DNA from: Azolla caroliniana
Lineage: Eukaryota; Plantae; Polypodiophyta
Direction of reading: 5' to 3'
NCBI GenBank assembly: GCA_043228905.1
Contig: JBHGNT010000004.1
Span: 12,586,001-12,650,000, forward strand
DNA length: 64,000 nt
How positions within the stretch are numbered: position 1 is the stretch's first letter; each line of letters starts with the position of its first letter. Below are positions 22,959 to 36,914 of this stretch, one piece after another. Both the position numbers and the translations under genes were made by a program. The notes under the pieces were generated by a model. The model searched no databases and was not told the DNA's origin. It saw only the letters and a list, made by a program, of their open reading frames with translations.

Positions 22959-25900
22959 TGTCATGATATGGCAAGACTCGAACCCATGACCTTATGTTAT
23001 ATGGGTCGAGCTCTTGACCATTTTACCATCTATTGTAATACGTAGGATATTATTTTCATTTAAATTTTATTATAGGAAATTAATGTATATTCCAGATTTC
23101 TCTGGAACATTCTAGAAGCTTCAGGATTACTCCTGAGAACACTATAAAAGAAGGCACTAGGCAATATTTTGAACCAAATTGGTTCAACGCCAGTCTTAAG
23201 CCTCATAGCCCTTTTGTACTTACTCTTCACATAATATATCCTCTATTATCATCATCTATCTATCTATCTATCTCGTCCTGGCCATCTCTCTCTCTCCTCT
23301 TCTCTCTTCCTCTCTCGTGAGCAGTCCCGTCCTCTTAGTACTAATAGTACTTCCCTTTTCCAGTACTAATTCTCTCTCTGTTTTAGTATTATTCCTGACA
23401 GTTTGAACCAATTTTCTCCTCAAGTCTACTTGTCGTTTTTCCTCATCCTCCTACCCTTTTTCCTATACTATGGGTACTGTTAGCGCCCAAGAATATCAAT
23501 CCTTTTTCTCCGAGCTACAGTGTCTAAAAGAAAAATTTGTTGCCTTGGAACAAGAAAACCAACGGTTGATAGGGGATCTGCAACAAATCGCTCTCGAAAA
23601 ACAACAAATGCAGCAACAACATGGGGAGTTAGCGTTACGGGTACAACAACTCCAAGCAGCGTTGCAACAACAAGGATCAAGTCCCCAAGGATTTCATAAA
23701 GAGCCCAAGATTGGACTTCCTGTGAAATTTGATGGAACGTGATCACAATTCAGGGGATTTCTTAATCAGGTGCGCGTAGTCATCCAAATGCATCCTCCAA
23801 TACCCCATTGATGCATCCCGAGTCGGCCTAATAGGCACGTTGCTTAGCGGCTCAGCCTTGGCATGGTTCGCTACGCTTCTAGAAAAACAATCGCCCTTGC
23901 TTAATAACTTTGAAGACTTTATTAGTGAGTTTAAAGTCTGCTTTGGAGATACCGACAACATCCGACTTTGGAGATACCGACAGCATCTGGACGGTGATCA
24001 ACAAAATCCAACGATTACATCAAGGCAATCATCCAGCCTCTACCTACACGGCGGATTTCTGTCTACTCGCCCCAGATATCCCCTAGGATGATCATGCACT
24101 AATGGAGTAGTTTCGCTACGGCCTACGAAACGATGTCAAAGATTTACTTTTAACCTTCCCCGAAGAACCAAAGTCTCTTACGGAGGCAATCAGTCAAGCG
24201 GTCCGATATGACAACCGCCTTTTCGAACGGCATTCGGAACGTCAATTAAAAATACCACGCTCTAGGCCGGAGCCCACTCATGCCTCAGTTGCGGCTAAAC
24301 CTTTTGCACGCGACGTACCTCAAGCAAATACTCCGACACCGATGGAGATCGACACGATGCGTCGACGTGGCCCGTTATTAGAAGAAGAAAAACAACAACG
24401 ACGTGCAAATCGATTATGTCTTTATTGCGGTGGACCAGGGCATATCGCAATCAATTATCCCCATAGGCCAAGAAGACAAGTAAATCAAATCATAACATGT
24501 ACTAAACCTGAGTCAATTCTTCCCTTAGGTGTATCTGATAGTATTAATAGTACTAATAGAGTGTCTAATAGTATTAATAGTACTAATAGCCCAAGTATCT
24601 CAAACAAATTTGAAATCCTTAGTCAATTAGATGAAGAGTTAAAACGATTGAGTCCAACCAAAATAGGAGCCGTTTGGTTGGACAGCCCTAGATATGTACA
24701 ACCCATTAGTGGTTCCATTCCCTCCAAGCAAGTTATCAATGTGTTCCTAGCCCAAGTCATAGTTAGTACTAAAAGTACTCCCCAGTACACGTCCTAGCAC
24801 TTCTAGATTCCAGAGCTAATTCATATTTCATGGGTCAAAATTTTGCCCAAGCTTCTCAGATATCCTTAAGAAAACTTCCTTGCCCCACATCTGTAGTAGT
24901 CATTGATGGTCGTCCCATTGCTTCCGGGAATATTGTAGAAGAGTCAAAACCCATTCAAGTTGTCCTAGGTAGTTTTGTGTGTGTAGTATCATTTAATATA
25001 ATTAGTAGTCCAGAGCATCCCATTGTCCTGGGATTACCTTGGTTTGAATTACATAATCCAAACATAGATTGAAGAACAAAAGAAGTCCGATATTGACAAC
25101 CCCAAGAATCTACTCATCGATTTTCGACCATTTCACTCCATCAATTACGCGAAGAAGGACACAAGGAGGCAATGTTCCTATTTGCAATATCAGTACATCC
25201 TTCCAACACTATTAAGAAGGAATCCCTAGTGCAACTTCCGGCAAAATATCATCCTTATGCCGATGTAATTGACAAGGCAAAAGCCGGTACTCTTCCTCAT
25301 CGGCGTCCCTATGATTGTCCCATCGATTTACAACCAGGAACAGAGCCACCATGGGGACCAATTTACAACTTGTCACCCACTGAGTTAGAAGTCCTTCACG
25401 CCTACATAGAGGAGAACTTGGCAAGTGGGTTTATTCGTCATTCGAAATCTCCGGCCGGTGCACCCATCTTCTTTGTCAAGAAGAAAGATGGCTCACTTTG
25501 TCTCGTTGTTGATTACCGCGGCTTAAATAAAGTCACCATCCGGAATAGGTATGCACTTCCTCTTATATCAAGTCTTTTAGAGCGAGTTAATGGTGCCAAG
25601 TTTTTTACCAAAATCGATCTACGAGGACCGTATAACCTCGTGCGGATCCGACCGTGAGATGAATGGAAGACTACCTTCTGCACGCAGTATGGGCATTTCG
25701 AATATACTGTTATGTTGTTCGGTCTAACCAATGCACCCGCAGTCTTCCAACACATGGCAAATGATATATTCAGAGACCTCTTGGATATCTGTTTGATCAT
25801 CTATCTGGATGATCTATTGATTTATTCGAAGACCCAAGAAGAGCACGATTCTCATGTACTATTAGTACTAAAATGACTCTGCGAGAATGGTCTTTATGCC

Positions 25901-28900
25901 AAGCTAGAAAAATGTAGCTTTGATTGCAAGCAAGTGGAATTTCTAGGCTACGTCATCTCCTCAAAGGGCATCTCCATGGATCCAGCTAAAGTCCAAATTG
26001 TGCTAGAGTGGCAAATTCCATGGTCGGTACGAGATGTACAATGTTTTCTAGGTTTTGCTAACTTCTACCGCAAGTTTATACAGGATTACTCGAAGATTAT
26101 TTTACCTCTCACACAACTTACGAAGAAGGGACAAGAATTTCTTTGGTCCAATGAAGCGGACATGACTTTTCAACATCTTAAGAAAGCCTTTACATCAGCT
26201 CCTATTCTAGTTCATGTGGATACAAACAAACCATTCACCATGAAGGCCGACGCATTAGATTTCGCCCTCGGTAGCATCCTTTCTCAACAAGGAGATAAAG
26301 AAGTGTTGGGAAACCGTATGAGGAGTCCCTGGCTACGGAGAGCCGGATGGTGCAAACCCGGTCAGAACCGGATGAGGAGTACCCGGCTACGGAGAGCCGG
26401 ATGGTGCAGACCCGGTCAAGACCGGATGAAGAGACATATTCGTAAATATGTTTCTGAGAGTCCATCATGGCTATATTTGTAAATAGCCAAAAAGTCATAT
26501 TAGTATAAATATGACTTAGGGCAAACTTTTAGTTTTTGTCATTATTTTTGGTGTAAGGAGAGAGTGAGCGCGGAACTGTGTACAGAGAGAGATAGAGAGA
26601 GAGAGAGAGAAAGAGGATGTTGCCTCTGTTGTAACCGCCGCCTGTGGCGAGGATCGTGAGCACGAGGTCGTTGCCTCCGTGAACTCACTATTGTACATTC
26701 TAGCATAGTGATAGTTTGCAGCTTGTGGGCTGCCGTGGTTTTTTCCCTTAGTTTGGGTTTTCCACCCGGATAGCTGGGAGACGTTGGTTGTCACTTTAGG
26801 CAACGCCGGGCCGAAAGGAAAGCGGTTATCCCTAGCAAGAGTAAAGTCGAGCTTGCTAGATGAGGAGGCATGTCGAAAAGACAAAGATATGAGCTCTGAC
26901 TCCAAAGCGCTCCTTACCGAATCGGAACGCGGAAGACATAGAAACCGTAGTCCCCAAAACCGGGAGAAGTCAGGGACACGGTCAAAGTCAAGGGGAAGGC
27001 CTACTTGCTTCTATTGTGGCAAGCCGGGACACTTCCAAAAGAACTGTCGGCATTTCTGAAAAGACAAGGAAACCGACGGTACCGATTCGAAGCGGACCCC
27101 GAACCGGAACGGTAAAGACTGGAGGGGGTCGGACCGGAAGGGAACAACGGCAATCACGGCAAGTGAAGAAGAGTTGATGCTCATCACCGAGGAGTGTGAG
27201 ATAAACCTTGCCGGCGACGAGATGACCTGGGTGGTAGACTCCGGAGCGTCGTTCCACCTTACCCCGGACCGGAAATGCTTCTAATCCTACTCAGCCGGTG
27301 ATCACAGCTGTGTCCGGATGGGGAATGAAGGTACATGGCGAATTGTCGGCATAGGAGACGTGTGGCTGACAACACCGATCGGGTGGAAGTTGCTGCTGAA
27401 GGATGTCCGACACGTTCCGGAGGTTCGTCTGAACCTGATATCAGCCGGTCGGTTAGATGATGAAGGCTACACGGGTAGCATCCGGAACGGTGTCATGAAG
27501 TTCAGCAAAGGGAGCTTGATTGTGGCTCGGGCCCGGAAGGTAAACACACTTTACCTGATGAATGCCCGGTTATGTCCGGAAGAAGTTAACATGGCATCCG
27601 ACACTGTCGGTGAGTTGTGGCACAAGAGGCTATGTCATATGAGCGAGAAGGGGATGAAGAGGCTTGCAGACGACAACCTCATTCCAGTGAAGAACGTGCA
27701 CTTGGAGACGTGCATTCATTGTCTGGCCGGTAGGAAAAACCGGACCTCTTTCCGACCAAGGCCACCAATGAGACGTAATGCACCACTGGAGTTGGTGCAT
27801 ACAGATGTGTGTCAAGTAGACACGAAGTCACATGCCGGAGCGTAGTACTTCGTGACGTTCATAGATGACCACAGCCAGAAGCTGTGGGTCACACGGTTGA
27901 AGACGAAGGATCAGGTGCTATCCGTCTTCAAAGAGCTCCACGCGAGAGTGGAAAGAGAAACCGGCCGGAAGCTGAAGGCGGTTCGAGCAGATAACGGAGG
28001 AGAATACCGGGGGCAGTTCGAGGAGTACTGCCGCTCGAAGGGAATCCGGCTCGAATTTACCGTTCCGAAGACGCCGGAACTAAACGAACTGGCCGAGAGG
28101 ATGAACCGGACCATAATGGAGAGGGTCTGGAGTATGCTGGCGCATGCAAAACTACCCAAGAAGTTTTGGGCTGAGGCACTGTCGACAGCGACATATGTGA
28201 TAAACAGATCACCCTCAGTACCCTTGGACGGAGACACGCCACAGAGAGTCTGGACCGGTAAGGAAGTGTCCTACTGGCATCTGAAGGTATTTGGGTGTCT
28301 CGCGTACGTGCATGTAGCTAAGGACCGGAGAGGAAAGTTAGATCCAAAGACCCGGCCATGCATATTCCTCGGTTATGGTGACGATGAGTTCGGCTACCGA
28401 GTGTGGGACCTGGTCGACGAGAAGGTATTCCGGAGCCGAGATATTATCTTCATGGAGGACAAGACTCTTGCCGACTGGGAGTCGGAGAAGAAGATAATAA
28501 CTCCGAGTCGACCGGTAACGATAGACTCTACAATGAACAGACCCAACCGGCAAGAGACCGGTTAGCACTCAAGGAGCCAGCCGGTTACGGTGAGGATATC
28601 GAACCGGCAGAAGAAGAAGCAGAGGAAGCTGAAACTGGAACCGGCCAAGACCCCGAATCAGATTTGGATGAAGAGCAAATAGAGGAGCCGGTTACCGAAG
28701 CCCAGAGACGGAGATATCCTCTTAGAGAGAGAAGGGCGCCCCAGAGATTTCCGGATGCAGAGCATGTTCTATTGACCGATGAGGGGGAGCCGGAGAGCTT
28801 CGAAGAAGCGAAGGATGACACCCACAGCCGCAAATGGTTAAGTGCCATGCAGGATGAGATGGATTCCCTACATGAGAACCATACGTACGAATTGGTGGAG

Positions 28901-30692
28901 TTTCCGAAAGAAAAGCGGGCACTCCGAAACAAGTGGGTGTACAAGTTGAAACCGGGAGATGCCGGCAACCCCCCAAAATACAAAGCTAGGATCGTGGTGA
29001 AGGGGTTCCAGCAGAAAAAGGGCGTGGACTTTGACAAGATATTTGCCCCGGTAGTAAAGATGACCTCCATCCGGACGGTGTTGAGTATAGCGGCAAGCAT
29101 GGACCTCGAGGTAGAACAGCTGGACGTGAAGACGACATTCCTTCACGGTGACCTCGAAGAGGAGATCTACATGCAGCAACCGGAGGGATTCGTCGAGAAA
29201 GGGAAGGAGCACCTGGTATGCCAGTTGAAGAAGAGCCTCTACAGGTTGAAGCAGGCCCCCCGGCAATGGTACCGGACGTTCGACTCCTTCATGACCGATT
29301 AAGGGTACCACAAGACGCAGGCCGATCACTGCGTGTTTGTGAAGAAGTTCGAAGGAGGCGACTTCCTGATACTCCTTCTGTACGTGGATGACATGTTGAT
29401 CATCGGACGAGACCAAGTCAAAATACGGATGCTGAAGAAGGCTCTCAACCGGACCTTCTCAATGAAAGACTTGGGTCCGGCAAGACAGATGTTGGGGATG
29501 CATATTATCCGGAACCGGTCAGCGAAGCAATTATGGCTGTCATAGGAGAAGTACGTGACAAAGGTGCTTCACCGGTTCAACATGTCAGATGCGAAACCGG
29601 TCGGATCGACACTTCCGGCAAACTGCAGGTTATCCGGTAAGCAAAGCCTGAAGACGAAAGCAGAGAAGGCGGATATGATGAAGATTCCATATGCCTCTGC
29701 CGTCGGGAGCTTAATGTACGCAATGGTTTGTACTCGACCGGATATAGGATACGCAGTCGGAGTGGTGAGCCGGTTTATGAGCAATCCCGGCAAGGAGCAC
29801 TGGAACGCGGTCAAATGGATACTCCGGTATATGAAGGGCACTTCAAATATGAGTCTCTGATTCGGCTCCAGAAAACCTCAACTTGACGGTTTCACCGATT
29901 CGGACATGTCGGCTAATGTGGATACCAGCCGGTCTACATCCGGGTATGTAATGACATATGCAGGGGGAGCTGTTTCGTGGCAGTCGAGGCTGCAGAAGAC
30001 GGTTGCGTTGTCAACCATGGAGGCGGCGGAGTACATGGCGGTTGTGGAAGCCGGCAAGGAAATATTATGGATGAAGGACTTCATCGGAGAGCTCGGTATC
30101 TGGCAAGATGAATACCGACTTTATTGCGACAATCAAAGTGCCATCCATCTTGCTAAGAATGCGGCCTACCATTTCCGGACAAAGCATATCCAGTGAAGAT
30201 CTCACTGGATCCGGGAAAGAGTAGATGACCAGGAGTTCGCACTGACGAAGATCCACACGGCCGAGAACGAGTCAGACATGCTGACCAAAATGCTAATACC
30301 CGACAAGATGGATGCATGCCGGAAGAGGATCGAACTAGTAAGACACCCCATGCCGAAGTGAAGGGGGAGTTTGTTGGGAGACAGGTCCCTCCGGATGGGA
30401 AGGGAGAAGAACAGTGCCGAAACCATATGAGGAGTCCCCGGCTAGGGAGAGCCGGATGGTGCAGACCCGGTGAGAACCGGATGAGGAGTACCCAGCTACG
30501 GAGAGCCGGATGGTGCAGACCCGGTCAAGACCGGATGAAGAGACATATTCGTAAATATGTTTTTGAGAGTCCATCATGGCTATATTTGTAAATAGCTGAA
30601 AAGTCATATTAGTATAAATATGACTTAGGGCAAACTTTTAGTTGTTGTTGTCATTCTTGTTGGTGTAAGGAGAGAGTGAGCGCGGAACTGTG

Positions 30693-30731
<39 letters not shown>

Positions 30732-31599
30732 GTCGTTGCCTCTGTTGTAACTGCCGCCTGTGGCGAGGATCGTGAGCTAGAGGTCGTTGCCTCCGTGAAC
30801 TCACTGTTGTACATTCTAGCATAGTGATAGTTTGCAGCCTGTGGGCTGCCGTGGTTTTTTCCCTTAGTTTGGGTTTTCCACGTAAACATCCTGCGTACTC
30901 GTCTCTTCTTCGTGTCGTTCTCTATTTCCCGTTTTCTATGTATGATTCTAAGCTCGGTTGTGGCTAAGCATTGCGTATAGGGAGCGTGCAGTTCCTGACA
31001 AGAAGAGTTAGATCCTGTGGCTTTCCATTCGCGCAAATTCGATGCCGCGGAAATCAACTACGAAATACATGAAAAGGAGTATGGCTCTTACGTCATCACA
31101 TCAAGACTACTCGAGCGTGCGACAAGTTGGATTATCGACGACTCGGTCCTTTCCACATTATTAGTAAGGTTAATGATGTCACATTCCTCCTTGATCTCCC
31201 TCCGCATCTTCAGATACATCCGGTTTTCCATAGCTCTCTTCTTGAACCTTATAAAGCAAACACTATTCCCGATCGTGTTACACCACCGCCGCCCCCGCTT
31301 GAGTTGGAAGCCGGCCCGGAGTATATGAAGTTGTTGTTGTCCTCGATTCCAAACTTGTTCGTAACAAACTTTATTATTTGGTTGATTTGCTCAGTTATAG
31401 TCCAAGTGAACGTACGCGGGAACCCATCGAGCATGTCGCCAATGCTCAAGATCTTCTCTCTCTCTCGTCCTCGCTATCTCTCTCTCTCCTCTTCTCTCTT
31501 CCTCTCTCGTGAGTCTTACGCAGTCCCGTCCTCTTAGCACTAATAGTACTTCCCTTTTCCAATACTAATTCTCTCTCTGTTTTAGTACTATTCCTGACA
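22959..31599 (+). mobile_element. Ty3/Gypsy chromovirus copy 2, TSD GTTTT; integrase and 5' part of the 3' LTR deleted; interrupted by Copia D
   Basis: 5' LTR 22959-23400; gag from 23470 (PMEID, CLYCGGPGH); PR ~24800; RT 25172-26300; RH resumes at 31006; chromodomain at ~31320-31450; partial 3' LTR ~31455-31599; GTTTT at 22954-22958 and 31600-31604. Confidence 0.93.
26304..31000 (+). mobile_element. Ty1/Copia element D (Tnt1/Tork-like), TSD AGAAG; 5' LTR end, PBS and gag start deleted
   Basis: 5' LTR 26304-~26765; gag CCHC (CFYCGKPGHFQKNC); PR WVVDSGAS; INT 27852-28565; RT/RH to 30361; 3' LTR 30372-31000. AGAAG at 26299-26303 and 31001-31005 restores host QQGDKEEL. Confidence 0.95.
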
Positions 31600-31737
31600 G
31601 TTTTTCCCATTCAGGGTTTTCCACGTAAACATCCTGTGTATTTCCTTTTGTACTCTCCATTTCCCATTTCTGTGTTTCATTCCAAGTGAAGTGTTCAAGA
31701 CTCGGTTGTGACCGAGCAATATTCCGCGCTATTCTCA

Positions 31738-32028
31738 GTAGAGCACAATATACCTCATTAGTGTTGGTAATTTGGTCCCTCCAAATGGGAGCCGGATCGG
31801 ACGAACCGGATCCAGAAGAGTTCCGGATGAGACCCAGAAACCGGATCGAGTGAATCCGGATGGATCCGGTGCAAACCGGATTCAAGGACATATGTGTAAA
31901 TATGTTTCATAGTGAGCCCATTGAGGCTATATTTGTAAATAGCCCAAATGTCATATAATTATAAATATGACTTAGGGCAATCACTTTACTCAGGATATGA
32001 TTATTGTGAGTTGTTGTAGAGTTGTTGC

Positions 32029-32073
<45 letters not shown>

Positions 32074-35000
32074 TAGTTTCTGTCTGTAACCACCATTGGC
32101 AAAGACATAGAGCTCGAGGTCGTTGCCTTTGAGTCTCACTTTGTATTCCTCCTCTCATAGTGATAGTTGGAGTCCGTGGGCTCCCATGGTTTTTCCCGTT
32201 TAGGGTTTTCCACGTAAACATCATGTGTCATCTCGCGTTCAGTTTGTTCTCTTCTATTCCTTGTTGAAGACTTGGTTGTGTCTAAGCGTTATTTCCCTAC
32301 AAATTGTTATCAAAGCGAACAAAGGAAATGGAAGAATCATTTGGTGGCATGTTCAAGCTCACCGGCTCCAACTACCCAGTATGGAAGGTGAAGATGAGGG
32401 ACATGCTCGTGGTCAAAGATCTTTGGTTGCCGGTACAATTCGGGGACAAGAAACCGGACAAGATCGATGCCCGACATGGAGGTGATGCACATGAAGACAA
32501 TGTCATACATCTGGTGCTTCATCAACATGAGCCTATATAACAACTTCAATGAAGAAAGTAAATCTCATGTGCTCTAGGAGAAAGTTGGCACTATGCTAGA
32601 GAGTAAAAACTCCGTAAATCAGGTTTGAGACTCCGGTACCAGGATGGATCCAGCATGGTGGAGCACATGAACGCATTTCAGGGGCTCATAAACCAAACAA
32701 CATCCCTCAAAGTACCTCTAGCCGACGAGGTACTTGCATTGCTCTTGCTTGGCTCCCTCCCAAATAGTTGGGAGACACTAGTTGTCACTTTGGGCAACGT
32801 CAGGCCAAAAGGAAAGCAGTTATCCCTAGCAAGGGTAAAATCAAACTTGCTAGATGAAGAAGCTCGCCGGAAGGAACGAGATTCTGGAACCGATCTGAAG
32901 GCCTTTGTCACGGAAGATGACCATTACCGGGGAAGAGGCCGGTATCAGAGTCCCCAAAACCGGGACAAATCGGGGACGAGGTCGAAATCAAGGGGAAGGC
33001 CCACATGCTTTTATTGCGGAAAGTTGTGGCATTTCCAGAAAAATTGCTGACACTTCCGAAAATCCAAAGGGGGAGCCGACAGACCGGAATCGAAGAAGAT
33101 TTCAGAGAGAAGAGGAACATTGGGGATCACGACAAGTGAAGAAGAACTGATGCTCATTACCGAGGAGAATGAGTTAAACCTTGTCGGCGATGAGACAATG
33201 TGGGTTGTCGATTCCGGAGCATCGTTCCATCTGATACCGGACCGGAAATGCTTCTCATCCTACATAGCCGGAGATCACGGTTGTGTCTGGATGGGTAATG
33301 AAGGTACATGCCGAATTGTCGGCATAGGAGATGTGTTGTTGACGACATCAACCGGATGCAAATTGTTGTTGAAAGAAGTCTGACATGTTCTAGAGGTTCG
33401 GTTGAACTTGATATCAGCCGGTCGGCTAGATGATGAAGGCTTCAAGGTAGTATCCGGAACGGAGTCATGAAATTCAGTAAAGGAAGCCTAATCGTGGCTC
33501 GAGCCCAGAAGATCAACATGTTGTATCTGATGCATGCCCGGATTTTCCGGGAAGAAGTGAACGTAGCATCCAACACTTCCGTTGAGTTGTGGTACAAGAG
33601 GTTGTGTCACATGAGTCAGAAAGGGATGAAGAGACTTGCCGAAGACAATCTCATTACAGAGAAGGACATGCAACTTGAGAAGTGCACCGATTGCTTGGCT
33701 GGCAAGCAAAACCAAACCTCCTTCCAATCAAGACCATTGATGACACGGAATGCACCACTAGAGTTGGTGCATACCGATTGTGTCAAGTGGACACGAAGTC
33801 ACATGCCAGATCGCAGTACTTCGTGACGTTCATAGATGACCACAGCCGGAATTTGTGGGTCTCACCGTTGAAGACAAAGGATCAGGTGTTATCCATCTTC
33901 AAGGAACACACGAGAGTGGAAAGAGAAACCGGTCGGAAGCTGAAGGCGGTTCGACCAGATAACGGAAAGTAGGGGCCGGTCGAAGGGAATCCGGCTCAAA
34001 TTCACCGTGCCGAAGACGCCGGAATTGAACGGGCTAGCCGAACATCTAAACCGAAGCATGCTAGCCCATGCAAAGTTACCCAAGATTTTTTGGTATGAGC
34101 CCCTGATGACGGAAACGTACGTGATTAACACAGGTCACCCTCGGCACCCTTGGAAGGAGACACACCACAGAGAGTATGAACCCGTAAAGACGTGTCTTAC
34201 CGGCATCTGAAGGTGTTCCGGTGTCTCGCATATGTGCATGTTGCAAAGGACAAGAGAGCAAAGTTGGATCCGAAATCCCGGCCATGCATATTCCTTGGAT
34301 ACAATGATGATGAGTTTGGTTATCGATTGTGGGACCTGGTCGACAAGAACGTGTTCCGGAGTCGGGATATAGTCTTCATGGAAGACAAGACCATTGTCGA
34401 TTGGGAGTCGGAGAAGAAGGTGAAGAACTCTGGATCATCCAATGAAAACCAGTTTGAGGACACAAGAACCTACCCAGTTGAAAACCAAAAGTTAGCTAGT
34501 ACAAGACCCGAATTAGATTTGGATGAAGAACAAATGGGGGAACCGATAGTTGAAGACCAAAGGCGGAGATACCCTCTTAGGGAGAGAAATGCCCCCTGGA
34601 GATTTCCGGATGCAAAGCACGTATTGTTGACCGATGAGGAGGAGCCGGAAAGCTTCAAAGAAGCAAAGAAAGACACCCACAGCCGCAAGTGGTTGAGTGC
34701 CATGTAGGAAGAGATGGATTCCCTCCATGAGAACCACACATATGAACTGACGGAATGCCGAAAGGAAAGAGGGCACTCCGGAACAAGTGGGTGTACAAGC
34801 TGAAACCAGGAGACGCCGGAAATCCACCAAGGTATAACTCTCAAATCGTGGTGAAGGGCTTCCAGCAGAAGAAAGGAGTGGACTTCGATGAGATATTTGC
34901 CCCGGTAGTAAAGATGACTTCCATCCGGACGATATTGGGCAATGCGGCAAGCATGGACCTCGAGGTATAGCAATTGGACGTCAAGACGGCATTCCTACAT

Positions 35001-36446
35001 GGCGACCTCGAAGAAGAGATCTACAGGCATCAACTGGAATGATTTGAGAAGCAAGGGAAGGAGCACCTAGTGTGTCGGTCGAAGAAGAGCTTATACGGAT
35101 TGAAGCAAGCCCCCCGGCAATGGTACCGGAAGTTCAACTCCTTCATAATTGATCAAGGGTACCACAAAACGCAAGCCGATCACTGCGTTTTGTGAAGAAA
35201 TTCGACAAAGGCGATTTCCTAATACTTCTTCTGTACGTGGATGACATGTTGATCATCGGACTGAACCGAACCAAAATCGGGATGCTGAAGGCCTTGAACT
35301 GGACCTTCTCCATGAAAGATTTGGGTCCAACAAGACAAATTTTAGGGATGCATATCATCCGGGACCGGAAGAAGAAGTTATTGTGGTTGTCATAAGAAAA
35401 GTACGTGACAAAGGTGCCTCAGTGGTTCAACATGTCGAATGCAAAACCGGTCGGATTGACACTCCCGGCAAACTGCAAGCTATCCGGAATGCAAAGCCCT
35501 AAGACAAAGGCAGAGAACACAGATATGATGAAGATACCATATGCCTCCGCCATCGGGAGCTTCATGTACGCAATGGTGTGTACCCGAACGGATATCGGAT
35601 ATGCAATCGGAGCAGTAAGTCGGTTCATGAGCAATCCCGAAAAAGAGCACTGGAACGCAGTCAAGTGGATACTCCGGTATTTGAAAGGCACCTCAAGTAT
35701 GTGCCTCCGATTCGGCGCTAGTAAACCCCAACCAGAAGGATTCATGGATTCGGATATGTCGGTTGATGCGGATACCAACTGGTCTACATCCAAATATGTT
35801 ATGACTTATGCAGGGGGAGCCGTATCGTGGCAGTCGAGGCTGCAGAAGTCCGTTGCACTATCAACAATGGAAGTGGAGTATATGGCAGTTGTGGAAGCCG
35901 GTTAGGAATAATCTGGATGAAGGACTTCATCCGAGAGCTAGGGATCCGACAGGAGGAATACCGGATCTACTGCGACAGTCAAAGTACCATCTACCTTGCG
36001 AAGAATGTGGCCTACCATTCCCAGACCACGCACATCCAGAGGAGATATCACTGGCTCCAGGAGAAGGTAGAAGATCAAGACTTCGTGCTAACGAAGATCC
36101 ACACAAAGGAGAACAGATCAGATATGCTGACCAAGGTGCTTTCAACCGACAAGCTGGACGTGTGTCGAAGACGAATCAGATTAACGAGAAATCCCATGCC
36201 AGAGTGAAGGGGAAGTTTGTTGGGAATTCGGTCCCTCCGGATGAGAACCGGAGGAGCCGGATCGAATGAATCCGGATGGATCCAGTGCAAACCGGATCGA
36301 AGGACATATGTGTAAATATGTTTCATAGTGAGCGAATATTTGTAAATAGCCCAAATGTCATATAAGTATAAATATGACTTAGGGCAATCACTTTATGTGA
36401 GATTTGATTATTGTGAGTTGTTGTAGAGTAGTTGTATACAAAGAGT

Positions 36447-36490
<44 letters not shown>

Positions 36491-36914
36491 AAACTAGTTT
36501 TTGTTTGTAACCGCCATTCGCAAAGACATAGAGCTCGAGGTCGTTGCCTCTGAGTCTCACTTTGTATTCCTCCTCTCATAGTGATAGTTGGGAGTCTGTG
36601 GGCTCCCGTGGTTTTTCCCGTTTAGGGTTTTCCACGTAAACATCATGTGTCATCTCGCTTTCAGTTTGTTCTCTTCTATTCCTTGTTGAAGACTCGGTCG
36701 TAGCCGAGCGTTATTTTCGTACAATTAGGAATCATTTCTATCATGCAAAGGCAAAACACATTGACGTACAGTTCCATCATATATCTGGGAGCTCGTAATA
36801 GAGGGGAAGCTCGAAGACTGGAAGATCGACACTGAGGTGAACATCATCGATTGCTTGACGAACCCACTCTCGGAACAACGGGTTGGAGCACTAAGGACAA
36901 TGATGGGACTATGA
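31738..36914 (+). mobile_element. Relic of an older Copia RNase H (31738-31761 plus 36729-36914) that hosts element E
   Basis: Removing E joins STIYLIR-NHFYHAKAKHIDVQFH...KIDTEVNIIDCLTNPL, the conserved Copia RNase H C-terminus. Confidence 0.8.
31762..36723 (+). mobile_element. Structurally complete but ORF-decayed Ty1/Copia element E (Tnt1/Tork-like), TSD ATTAG
   Basis: 5' LTR 31762-32301; degenerate PBS tgttatcaaagc; gag MEESFGGMFKLTGSNY; PR, INT, RT and RH motifs; PPT ~36206-36215; 3' LTR 36218-36723; ATTAG at 31757-31761 and 36724-36728. Confidence 0.95.

Larger units (their letters stand above)
20378..31737 (+). mobile_element. Ty1/Copia element B (Tnt1/Tork-like), 5'-truncated: INT-RT-RH at 20378-22545; 3' LTR split into 22556-22958 and 31605-~31737 by a chromovirus insertion
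   Basis: Motifs YKARIVVKGFQQ, LLYVDD, HSRTKHIQRRYHW; PPT gaagggggag 22544-22553; LTR starts TGTTGG and continues (cccattcagggttttccacgtaaac) after the TSD at 31600-31604. Confidence 0.88.

Noticed and set aside
24630-24660. Possible gag-pol frameshift site (TTAAAAC) in chromovirus 2
   Set aside because: Single decayed copy with nearby stops and possible indels; the frame relationship cannot be established.
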